In this document: positions 49,331 to 60,752 of the stretch, one piece after another
Layout of the letters: the number at the start of each line of letters is the position of its first letter
How positions within the stretch are numbered: position 1 is the stretch's first letter
Assembly: GCF_001194135.2 (NCBI RefSeq)
Contig: NC_069006.1
Span: forward strand, 6,725,688 to 6,789,687
DNA from: Octopus bimaculoides
Lineage: Eukaryota
Length of the DNA: 64,000 nucleotides
Direction: 5' to 3'
The notes under the pieces: generated by a model
Seen by the model: only the letters and a program-made list of their open reading frames with translations
What the model was told of the DNA's origin: nothing
Databases searched by the model: none
Made by a program: the position numbers and the translations under genes

Positions 49331-51013
49331 CTACCTGAATGAATTTGTGATTTGTCTGCTTTCCTACTAAGACTGATTTTTTTCTAAATTAACCCTAATG
49401 CCCTTTGACTTCAGATCTTGCTTCAACACCTGAAATATTTTCTCCAGTTCTGGTAGGGATTCAGCTATGTGTTATTTAAAACAGTAAGATGTGACTTTGA
49501 GGGAAATTTGGTTGATATTTCTAGTAACCATGTAGAGGTTCTGTTGATGGCTCAATGTCACATGAACTGATGGTGCAGGCATTTGCAAAAGGGGTCAACC
49601 TCAAGTTCACAAAAAACTAGTGAGGAGACACTAGTGACATAAATATTACCAAAAGCATATCAGAAATCAATTATCATCATCAAGTTGATTATTGCTGAAC
49701 TAGTGCAATAATTGAAAAAAAAAATCATAACCAATCCTCAATGAAATAGTAGCAGTAGTGTCACCTAATTTTAATTAAGCAGTGGACTGAAACAAGTACA
49801 CTAATTGATGTTCTTCAAAGACTATGCAATGGCCTTTCGTTTAATGTTTTGTAAGTGCTTTGTACTGAGTTGTTAAAATATTTTTTTCCCTGTAAGATGC
49901 AAATATTACAAAATTTAAACAAATTGTTAAAGCCAAACTATATCAACTGTTTTTCCTCTTGCATCTATATTTAGAAGAAAAAATATTTTCAATCACCTTT
50001 TTCTTCTTTTTTTTTTTTTCGATATCATTGAAAATAAACATTGTAAATTCTAATTAATATTTAATCATTTCTATCAGATCAAAGTTATAGAAGCGAAAGT
50101 ATATAGCAAATAAAATAAGTAAATANNNNNNNNNNNNNNNNNNNNNNNNNNNNNNNNNNNNNNNNNNNNNNNNNNNNNNNNNNNNNNNNNNNNNNNNNNN
50201 NNNNNNNNNNNNNNNNATTACTATTATTATTAATTATCATTATTATTATCTGAAGAATGAACTCATTCTCTTCATCATCATTGCAGTGATGATGATGAGA
50301 ATCAATTCATTATTTAAATAAAAATAAAATATTACCAAGATAATTCTATAAAATTCCATTATATTTTCTCTCTTTTATTCAGGATAATTTCTCTGTTTAT
50401 TTCCTGAACTAAATATCCATTCTATGAACTAGATTTTCATCATATGAACTAAATGACACGACCGTTTCTGATAAATAAGAATAGAAATAAACTTTTTTCA
50501 AAACAAAACATGCTAAATACATAAATAAATAAAAATATTTCTTATATTTTGCTATTTTTAAAACAGAATAACTCAGTTTCAGTCACTGGGCCTCTGTGAA
50601 TTAACTGAGTTTGATATTTCTATAATTAGACATTAGAATTCAGAAAAGATGAAAAAATTTTAAATAAGAAAATCTAGTTAAATAAATTGATGTCTATTTG
50701 AAAATAGTGGAGACAGATTCATATTTGTCAATATGTTTAGAACCATTTAATGCTTTTATTGCCATAGTTCTCCTGAATTACACTGCCTCTCTTTCAATTA
50801 ATTTTGAAAATAATGGAAAATTTAGTGAAATAACTTTGTCCTTATTGAACTGGTGTTTGAACATATGAGATTTTGATGGAAGGTAGGAATTTAAATCACT
50901 TTAAAACAAGAAGCTTGTATCACAAAACCAGAGGCAGCCTCAGTCAGCTTGATATCAGAAGGATTAGACTATTCAGTTTAAGCAAATTAACTAAACTCTA
51001 TTTTCTTTTCTTT

Positions 51014-51850
51014 TTACTTGCTGTGGTTTGAAGGAAGAGGCAGTGCACACTGACCATCTAAAAGTCTTCTGAGATTGGTGAGCTTGATTGCATGAATGCT
51101 CTTCTTAAACTGGTATGTATCAACACCAGTAAGAAATACAAGAAGAGGAACAAGATTCCAAAGGGATAACATTCTGGGAAGGAAAGAATGGACATAATGG
51201 TTAGTACAAGCCAAGGGTGGGTGGGGGATTAAATACAACAAAAGTAATGAGAGGTAGTTATATGAGTACTGTTGGGGGTGTGAGACGAAACAGGTTTGAG
51301 GAACAGAGGCCGTTTATAGTAGCGATAGAGAAAATAGAGAGAAAAGACAACATGCTCATGGGCCAAAGTCTGGAGCATGTCTGTTGGTGATTTAATGTCA
51401 GTTAGCAAATCCAGAGTGGTCCTTTTCTAAATGCAGTCCAAGATGTCTGTGTGCATAGAAGCAGCACCATACCAGATTTGATAACAGTACTCCATTGTGG
51501 GTCTCACTAGAGGATAGTAGCATGGTAGCATCTCAGCAAATGTTGAGGGCACAAATACTTTTGGCCATGAAGAGAAGGTTCAGTTTTTGGGAAATGGTCT
51601 TAGCTAGGTTACGGGTGTGCTTACCCCAGCAGAAATTAATGGTGTTAGTATAGAGTTTTCAACCAGAGCGGCCCTTGCAAAATTCTTGGAGTATTAAAAG
51701 CATTCCCACGAACATCCAAAATACTCATATTTAGAAAGGAGATCAGTGCCACCATAATTATGGTGCTATGCAGATTAAAGTAAATGAATCAGGGTACCTG
51801 GGTTGAAAATCCTTGATCTAGACTTAGCAACAGACACCAGAGGATAGAAA
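51014..51850 (-). mobile_element. Decayed CR1/L2/Jockey-group LINE 3' fragment
   Basis: VRPTMEYCYQIW.GAA...ILD and HSFLPRMLSLWNLVP...FKK match conserved post-RT motifs (RPxLEYC; SFFPR...WNxLP). Confidence 0.8.
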
Positions 51851-52497
51851 TGAAATTTTAAAAAAAGGTCAAAATGGAATCACTAAAATTGAGATGGATT
51901 AATTGCTTATTGATACTATAATCATAGTCTAAATAAAAAATATCATGGCACAATTAAACAAGGGGGTAAAATATTAAACACATAAAAAAATAATAAACTC
52001 GAAAGCAACAATTATTTTAGTGAATGGCTTCTATAACCTATTTTTCATGGTGAGTGAATAAATAGTTGGCTATTAATTGTCTTGATAAGATAATGACAGG
52101 TTGGAAACATCTCCACAAACAGAAACAGTGAAATAAATGATGATCTTTGGATATGGAACAGTAGATATGTCTGTTCTAGGCACAGAATTAATTGAGTGAA
52201 ACAATTTACACTATGAAATCCATTAGTCAAATATAGTTGTTTATATGGGCTTATTCTTGTCAAAGCATTGATAATGTGTAGACTAAAGTCTTCAATATTA
52301 TTTAGAAAGAAGATAGTTTAAGGGACTGTATTACCGAATCTTTGATTTAAACTTCAGTTCTACAAAAGTGTTTCATAGTGATTTCAGCTGAATCACATAA
52401 TTCAAGTTGTCTCAGTCAGTCTGACTGAAAATGGATAACATGAACACTCATCTGAAAGATGACAGTATCTAGTTGTAAGTCACATGGTTTAACAATT

Positions 52498-52641
52498 TGT
52501 AAAACTTCTGAATAAATGTGATGATGAGACTGAAGCTAATTTAGAAATATACAGGCTTTAAAAAATATAAGTTCTGGTGTTGATAAATTTGACTAAAAAT
52601 TCTTCAATCTGGTGTCATAGCATGGCCATAATGATGAAACA

Positions 52642-52689
<48 letters not shown>

Positions 52690-52930
52690 AAAGGCATGGT
52701 TATAGATGCAGGTGTAGCTATATAGTAAGACATTTGTTTCCCAACCACATGGTTCTAGATTCAATCCCACTGGGCAGCACCTTGGGCAAGGATCTTCTGT
52801 TACAGACACTGGCCAATCAAAGCTTTGTGAGTAGATTTGGTAAACAGAGACTGAAGGAAGCTCATTGTGTGTGTGTAAAACTCCTGAATAAATGTGATGA
52901 ACAAACTGAAGCTAATTTAGAAATATACAG
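52498..52930 (+). repeat. 57-bp direct repeats enclosing a tail-before-head family C SINE
   Basis: 52498-52554 versus 52874-52930, 4 mismatches; inside are SINE tail, (TA)n, then SINE head. Confidence 0.85.
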
Positions 52931-52974
52931 CTGTCAAAGTGCAAAACAACCCCAAAATGCAAAATAATAACAAT

Positions 52975-53181
52975 AATCCTTTCTACACAAGGCCTGGAAT
53001 TTGGGGAAAGGGTTTAGTTGATCACATTGACCTGAGTGCTTGACTGGTACGTATTTTATTGACACCAAAAGGATGAAAAGCAAAGTCAACCTCGGCAGAA
53101 TTTGAGCTCAGAGCACTAAGACAGATGAAATGCCACTTAGCATGTTGTCCAGTGTGCTAACAATTCTGCCAGCTCACTGCC

Positions 53182-53183
<2 letters not shown>
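52975..53183 (-). mobile_element. Family M SINE followed by (AAT)n
   Basis: GGATGAAAAGCAAAGTCAACCTCGGCAGAATTTGAGCTC. Confidence 0.85.
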
Positions 53184-53213
<30 letters not shown>

Positions 53214-53223
53214 NNNNNNNNNN

Positions 53224-53315
53224 AAGAAGAAGAAGAAGAAGAAGAAGAAGAAGAAGAAGAAGAAGAAGAAGAAGAAGAAGAAGAAGAAGAAGAAGAAGAA
53301 GAAGAAGAAGAAGAA

Positions 53316-53346
<31 letters not shown>

Positions 53347-53347
53347 T
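53224..53347. repeat. (GAA)n then (GAAA)n microsatellite
   Basis: Directly visible. Confidence 0.97.
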
Positions 53348-54364
53348 AAAATACAATTTGAAAAAATATACAACTTATCTCTATTACTGAACAAACTTTC
53401 AGCAAATAGAATTATCGCAGAAAATTGTTAAATTAGTTGTCAAACAATAATATAAATAGATTGATAATGGAACACTATATTGTGACTGATACCTCATATT
53501 ACAACTAATTACAAGTAAATATTAAGAAATAATAAATTAGATTGGCCAATGAAACCAACATTTGACAATAAATGCATTTACTCTACCTTATCTTCTTGCA
53601 GTGCAATGAACTAGCACTATTCTGAAAGATACTAAAGAATTCACTCAATCGTAAAATAATTTACGTATTTGTAGAGGATAATGATGATGATGATGATGAT
53701 GGCCATTGTCATCATCATTATCACTATAATTATAATTAGTGTTGGTATATCAATGGTTCATTACCGGTTTATCTGGCTACCACCATCATGACGAGAAAAA
53801 AAAACAAAGAAATTACCATCATCACCATCATCATCATAACTTGAGTATAATTATCATGTGAAGCCTTTTGCACTTCAATAAATAAATAAATAAGTGAACT
53901 CTTGGGAAAAGGCATGAATGTCAAAATTTCCTTATCAGTTATCTTTAAAATGTTCAGCCTTCATAATGTATCACTGAAAGCCCAGTAAAATTCATTTACA
54001 GACTGGGTTCAATTCTCAGTTCAAATCCTTATTTTCCTCATTAACACTCTCAGAGCTTCTCTCCTTTAAATATATCTTATATCAATTATTATTATTACAA
54101 CAGGATATGGAATAAATGACCCAGTTTCACTTTTAGAGTGAAATCACTTTGATGTTCCAAATCTCTTGCAAAAGACATGACTTCTTCATTACTCAACATC
54201 TCGACTAATTTCTTTTTCTTTACATTAAATACAACTAGTTTTTAAGAGGATTTTTTTTTTCCTTTACTGACATCATTTGCTTCCACTCCAAATAAAAGTA
54301 CAGTAAAGGATTGGTTTTTATTTAAGTAATTTATCTAATGAATATGATTGATTTTTTTAAAAAC

Positions 54365-54697
54365 TAGGTGCTGGTATGGCTGTTCACCTCCAAACATGTG
54401 GTATCAGGTTCAGTTCCTCTTTGAGAAAGTGTCTTCTACTACAGCCTTGAGCCAACCAAAGCCTTGTGAGCGGATTTGATAGATGGAAACAGAGATGCCC
54501 ATTGTGTGTGTGTGAGACCACTGCTTGACAGTGAGTGTTGGAGTGGTTATGTCCCCATAACTTAGCAGTTTGGCATAAGAGACTGATAGAATAAGTACCA
54601 GGCTTCAATAACTATAAGTTCTGGTGTTGATTCATGTGACTAAAAATTGTTCAATCTTGTGTCGTAGCATGGCCATAATGATAAAACAAAAGATAAA

Positions 54698-54700
<3 letters not shown>
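54365..54700 (+). mobile_element. Family C SINE
   Basis: Head GGTATGGCTGT...GGTTCAGTTCC; tail variant CATGGCCATAATGAT shared only with about 52620. Confidence 0.85.
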
Positions 54701-54740
<40 letters not shown>

Positions 54741-56665
54741 NNNNNNNNNNNNNNNNNNNNNNNNNNNNNNNNNNNNNNNNNNNNNNNNNNNNNNNNNNNN
54801 NNNNNNNNNNNNNNNNNNNNNNNNNNNNNNNNNNNNNNNNNNNNNNNNNNNNNNNNNNNNNNNNNNNNNNNNNNNNNNNNNNNNNNNNNNNNNNNNNNNN
54901 NNNNNNNNNNNNNNNNNNNNNNNNNNNNNNNNNNNNNNNNNNNNNNNNNNNNNNNNNNNNNNNNNNNNNNNNNNNNNNNNNNNNNNNNNNNNNNNNNNNN
55001 NNNNNNNNNNNNNNNNNNNNNNNNNNNNNNNNNNNNNNNNNNNNNNNNNNNNNNNNNNNNNNNNNNNNNNNNNNNNNNNNNNNNNNNNNNNNNNNNNNNN
55101 NNNNNNNNNNNNNNNNNNNNNNNNNNNNNNNNNNNNNNNNNNNNNNNNNNNNNNNNNNNNNNNNNNNNNNNNNNNNNNNNNNNNNNNNNNNNNNNNNNNN
55201 NNNNNNNNNNNNNNNNNNNNNNNNNNNNNNNNNNNNNNNNNNNNNNNNNNNNNNNNNNNNNNNNNNNNNNNNNNNNNNNNNNNNNNNNNNNNNNNNNNNN
55301 NNNNNNNNNNNNNNNNNNNNNNNNNNNNNNNNNNNNNNNNNNNNNNNNNNNNNNNNNNNNNNNNNNNNNNNNNNNNNNNNNNNNNNNNNNNNNNNNNNNN
55401 NNNNNNNNNNNNNNNNNNNNNNNNNNNNNNNNNNNNNNNNNNNNNNNNNNNNNNNNNNNNNNNNNNNTATATATATATATATATACAAATATGTATAGTG
55501 TGTGTGTATGTGTGTTAGATTCCCTGACATCACAATGTCCTTTATACCCAATTTTTCATGAAAACATGCCTGGTTATGAGGAAATATTATCTTGCTTGAA
55601 AATAGCTGAAGGTTGGCATCAGGAAGGGCATCTGGCCATAGAATATCTGCCTCAACAAAATTCTATCTGACTTGTGCAGGCATCGTAAAGTGGATGTAAA
55701 GACGATGACATATGTATATAACATACACACACAAAGCAGGGTTTGCACTTTCAAAGAAGTGTGGAATAAGAGATCCCTTACTTGAAAAACTGGTAAGGGT
55801 TAGCAACAAGAAGGGCATTTAGATATAAAACAAGGCCATGCTAACATTGAAAAACAAGCATAAAATGAAACAAAGTGAATTAGAAGAGAAGGCAGAGGAG
55901 TTTTTCCAATGATTTTTTTCAGGCTCTCTCAGAGTGGTGACAGCACTATGGTTTATATTTTGTTGTTAGAAGTTAACTTTTGCCTGTAGGATAATGGATT
56001 TGGCCCAAGTGGTTAGTGTGGAATTTAGGGGGCACCAATGATGAGAAGAATACAGGCTTCAGCAATAATTTCAGACAGAACAAAACACACCGGAGCAGAA
56101 ACAGAGAGAAATAGCATTGCATCTATGGGCAACTAGTTGTAGCAGGTTCTTGAAACTTTGCCATCTGCTGGATGACATTTTTATGTGGTATATGATGAAG
56201 TAGTAGTAGTAGTAGTAACAGCAGCAGCAAAAGTGTCCACAATATATGACTACAACTGTAATGTAGATTACACTTGAGCTTTGTGGAGCTGGAGGATTTT
56301 TCTGACCCTAAGCCTAGTCTTTAGAAGATGAAGTTTTGACAGTGAGTTTGCTATGTGAGATCAACAGAGTTTATAAGGCATTTATAAATGACTTTGAAGA
56401 TTTTAGTTTTGTATTTATTAGTTCATTCTTTTAGTCATTGGACTGTAGCCATGTTGAAATACTGCCTTCATGTATTCTTCATACATGTGCATTTTGCATG
56501 TTGTTTAAGGCCAGGTATTTGCATGGTACTTTTTTTCCATTGAGGGCTTATATGTCCCAATAGTAGACTATTTTCTTTAGTCATTACAGTAATCGCTTAT
56601 AAGCTTTAAGCTTATAAAATATTATTATTTATAGAATTGTAAAAGTCAACACTGCTTACCAAAAA

Positions 56666-56713
<48 letters not shown>

Positions 56714-57184
56714 CACACACACACACATACATGCCAACAGTGTAGATTGTATCATTCAGCTCACCAGGAAGCTGATAAAATAATGTGTATCGTGTACTAG
56801 TTTTCATTTTATTTACCATTCCTCTAAGACAAANNNNNNNNNNATCTCTAAGTGATAAAGTAAATATTATCATTGCTGCTGTTCTTTTCTACAATTAATA
56901 ATCAGTTCTGGATAGATGTTGATGAACAACATAAGATAGAACATCGACCCTCAAAATCCACACAAGAATTCCACACAAATGTGATACCAAACAAAGTAGG
57001 GCAGAATATCAGTCTACCAAAATGACAATACTTCTGAGTATTATAACACAGATTTAGAGTCAACAAGGAATTACGAAATTATTTAAATTTCTAATCTCCA
57101 TCAATTTTTGAGTTATTTTACATTTTTGCTTTTTAGCTTTTTTTTTTTCCATCACATTTCCATTGAAATTCACTGCCATTATCC

Positions 57185-57575
57185 TTTATCTTTTACTAAT
57201 TTCAGTCATTAGACTGCAAACATGCTGAGGCACCACTTTGAAGAATTTTAGTCAAATGAATCATTCCCACTACTCAATTTCTTTTATTTATTATGAACTT
57301 GGTACTTATACCAGTCTCTTTTGCCAAAACACTAAGTTCTGGAAATGTAAACAAACCAACACCAGTTGTCAAGAGATGGTGGGTGACAAACACAGGCACA
57401 AACACACACACATAGGCTTCTTTCAGTTTCCATCTACCAAATCCCCTCACAAATCCACTTGGTTGGCATAAGGCTATAGTAGAAGACACTTGCCCAAAGT
57501 GCTATGCAGCAAGACTGAACCTGGAACCATGATGTGGTTGTAAAACAAACTTCTTCCCACACAGCCACACCTGTA
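57185..57575 (-). mobile_element. Family C SINE, near full length
   Basis: TTTCAGTCATTAGACTGC...GGCTTCTTTCAGTTTCCATCTACCAAATCC...CCACACAGCCACACC. Confidence 0.88.
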
Positions 57576-58249
57576 CCTATATTTCAATTAATTTTGAAAA
57601 TACTGATGAATTTAGTTAAATAACTTTATCAGTATTAATCCAGTTTTTGGAACTTAAATTACGATGAAATTTTCATGCAAAGTTTTTAACATGGATTGCT
57701 TTATAACAGAAAGTTTATATATATAGAACCATGGGTGGTATCAGGCGGGTTAGCATCAAAAGGGTTAAGGAACGGTACATTGTTTAAGAAGTAGTTTTCT
57801 ACTAATAACATTTATTTACACCATATGCACATCAAAAGATAGTCAAGGTGTTTAAAATCTATTAAAATGTAAAATAATTCAGCTGAGAAGTTTTAAGCTA
57901 AATATCTGTTTCATCATGAAATTCTAGATATGGATTACAAAACTATTCAAATAAGGCAGCAAATTATAGTTTGAATTTGAAATCTTGACTAAACTTCCCT
58001 TCACTAGATATGTACATATTTTTTTTCAAGTCTTCAGATATTATGTTTGCCACATGTAAAGCCCTATATTCATTAGTGATGAGATTATAATTTGTACTCT
58101 ACTAATACAGCAGAGAAATACTGAACACATTTACTGGGAGGAAAATATCAGAAATTATAGAAGTTCATAAAAATTCATGAATTCTTCATACACTGTGTGT
58201 GGGTGTGTGGGTGTGCGCACGAGCGCGCGCGCATGCTTGCGTGCGTGCG

Positions 58250-58400
58250 TGCGTGCATGTGATTAAGAAGCTCATTTTTCAACCATGTGATTTCAGGTTC
58301 AGTTCTGCTGTGTCACACCTTGGGCAAGTACCTTCTACTATGGCCCTGGGCCAATCAATACCATGTGATTGAATTTTGTAGACAGAGACTGTGTGGAAGC
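58250..58400 (+). mobile_element. Family C SINE 5' half
   Basis: GATTAAGAAGCTC...GGTTCAGTTC...CCTTGGGCAAGTACCTTCTACTATGGCC. Confidence 0.8.
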
Positions 58401-59712
58401 CTACAGTCTACATTAAGTAGATTATAAAGATCGTTATGTGGTGCTAATACTGCTTCTCTCATAAATATAGTAGGTGCAATATGGCTGAATGGTTAAGAAG
58501 CTTGCTTTGCAACCATGAGATCACAGGTTCACTCCCACTGCTGGCATCTTGGGCAAATGTCATTTTATATGGTTTCAGGTCAACCTATATACTGGGAATG
58601 AAGACAAGTAAACAAAACAATACAGAAGCCTATTGCATGAATTGTACCTGTAATTCAAAAGGTTCAGCCCTGTCACACACAGTGTTATGCTGATTCTACC
58701 TGAGAATTACATTAAGGGTACATGTGTCTGTGGAATATTCAGCCAGTTGATTGGCACTCTGTTGATTATGACAATGAGGGTTTCAACTGATTCAGTCAAT
58801 GGAACAGCCTGCTTGTGAAATTTAGGTGCAAATGGCTGAGCACACCACAGACATGCATACCCTTAACATAGTTCTCAGGAAGATTCAGTGTAACACAGAA
58901 TAAGACAAGGCTGTCCCTTTGAATTCCAGGTAGAACTCATTTTTGCCAGCTGAGTGGACTGGAGCAATGTGAAATAAAGTGAAATAAAGCTTATGGATAC
59001 AACGGACTGCCAGGTATCAAACTCATGACCTTACAATCATGAACCAAATATCTTAACCACTTAGCTACACACCTCCACACTCAGCCACTTATATATCAAT
59101 TCAATGAACAAGAAATTTCAGTTGATTGAACACCTGAATCCTTATCATCCAATGACAAAGATCCACCACCATATATATTTAAAATTCTTCAGCAGAAAAT
59201 TCAATGTATCATATGAAATTAATAAGCTGTACTCAAAGTTTGGTTTTATGCTACAAAATTTACATACAGACATGTTAGGTGTGAAACTAGTATTAGACTG
59301 CACAAGTAAAATTTACTTTTTCAAATTGATTTATTTTTCTGTCTGCTTTTTCAGTAATAATGTCTACATCAAGATAGAGCCTCTTTGACTGAAATAGTGA
59401 ACATTTTCAGTGAACTAATTTGATTGGATATAGTCTGCCAGAGAAGAATACAATTTTGTAAATTTTCCACTTTTTAGGAAAGAGTGAAATTAAATCTGAT
59501 GTGTCGTCGCACAATATTTTAAACTTATTGAAATATAGATGTTGAAGCTTGAATATAGTTTGGGCTCTGGAAACAAATTATGAAAGTTATGAAATTATTT
59601 TTTAAACATTTTTATAGGTATTTCAATAGTGGAAATATTTAAAATTCAAACGTTTATGCTATGGTGGAAGGTTAGCTTTCAGACAGATTTATAATAAACT
59701 TATAAGGGACAC

Positions 59713-59767
<55 letters not shown>

Positions 59768-59964
59768 TGTGTGGCTGGTAACCAGGATTCTAAATCCATA
59801 CCTATAGGTTTTGAACAACTAGTCCCATCAATAAGTTGGAACGAAAAACGGATGAAATAAGTTATTGCTGTTGCAAGTAAACTGTTTAATGGATATTTAA
59901 TAAGTCCTGTTAAAATAGCTAGAAACTTAAATTAAGTAGTTACTAGTAACAACTAATGACTAAC

Positions 59965-60124
59965 CTAAAAATATCAGGAAGAGTAATATTGTAAAGGTTA
60001 ATATGTGCAAAATAGTCCAAACAGTTTGTAGTGGCGCGTGTGGCCGCCATTGGCCGCCATCTTGGGAAGTGCCATTGCGCATGTGCAAGGGACTTGCCGT
60101 CAGCGGAAGTACCCGAGCACGCAT
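59965..60124 (-). CDS. Candidate first coding exon of the minus-strand gene; reading frame unresolved
   Basis: Donor TTTAG|GTTAGT at 59965/59964. Frame a: ATG 60050, MAATRATTNCLDYFAHINLYNITLPDIF (phase 2). Frame b: ATG 60082 or 60124, ...WTILHILTFTILLFLIFL (phase 1, hydrophobic). Frame c: ATG 60060, 20-aa ORF that stops at 59998. Confidence 0.5.
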
Positions 60125-60400
60125 GCGCAATGCAACAGGTGGAGAGAGAGCAATAGCGTTCGATCTCTTCTCTATCTAGCACCTGTCGCGACAACACGTT
60201 CTTCCACTGCTCTCTCAACCCGATACCGACATGTGGTCAAAGCTTCCTTAGTATTCTAGCGGCATGCCTGTTCACCCAGGAACGAAAAGGCTCTACACCA
60301 ACCTAGAATAAATTATTGATCTGTTGTTACCGTTATCCCTCGTGTTGTTGTATTTCTGGATTTTAATGATTAATATAAGAACTGGGGAGAGATGGCCGAG
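60030..60400. promoter_or_regulatory. CpG-rich housekeeping-type promoter, possibly bidirectional
   Basis: The only CpG-dense unique segment in the window. YY1 GCCGCCAT twice (60043-60050 and 60053-60063), NRF1-like TGCGCATGTGCA 60076-60087 and CACGCATGCGCA 60118-60129, ETS CGGAAGT 60104-60110, palindrome TGTCGCGACA 60184-60193. Confidence 0.8.
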
Positions 60401-60493
60401 CCGTCATATCTCATCCAATTCTTATAAGTTGGTTTTCCGTTACAAAAAAGAAAAACCTGTGAAAGAACATGTGGATATGTGTGTGCATGATAG

Positions 60494-60530
<37 letters not shown>

Positions 60531-60534
60531 AAAG

Positions 60535-60707
60535 CATAGTTATAGCTATGTGAGTAAAAAGTTTGCTTTGCAATCATGCGATTTCAGGTTCAATCCCAAT
60601 GCTCAGTACCTTGGGCAAGTGCTTTCTATTATATCCCCAGGCTGACTGATGCCTTGTGAGTGAATTGCATTCATGGAAACTGTACAAAACCCATCACGTG
60701 TGTATGT

Positions 60708-60752
<45 letters not shown>

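Noticed and set aside
52045-52330. About 90-codon minus frame (NIEDFSLHIINALTRISPYKQLYL...) as an internal exon
   Set aside because: Weak acceptor and no donor that gives a phase compatible with the terminal exon.
5957-55670. Long ORFs containing X runs (5957-6490, 19544-20105, 34330-34947, 53130-53405, 54624-55670)
   Set aside because: Open only because N gaps contain no stop codons.
59104-59450. Exon candidates just inside the first intron
   Set aside because: The good acceptors lead to stops in the required phases; the one open option has weak splice sites at both ends.
60229-60430. + strand start codons after the promoter (MWSKLP*, MPVHPGTKRLYTNLE*, MAEPSYLIQFL*)
   Set aside because: All close quickly and no strong donor follows, so no + strand first coding exon is called.
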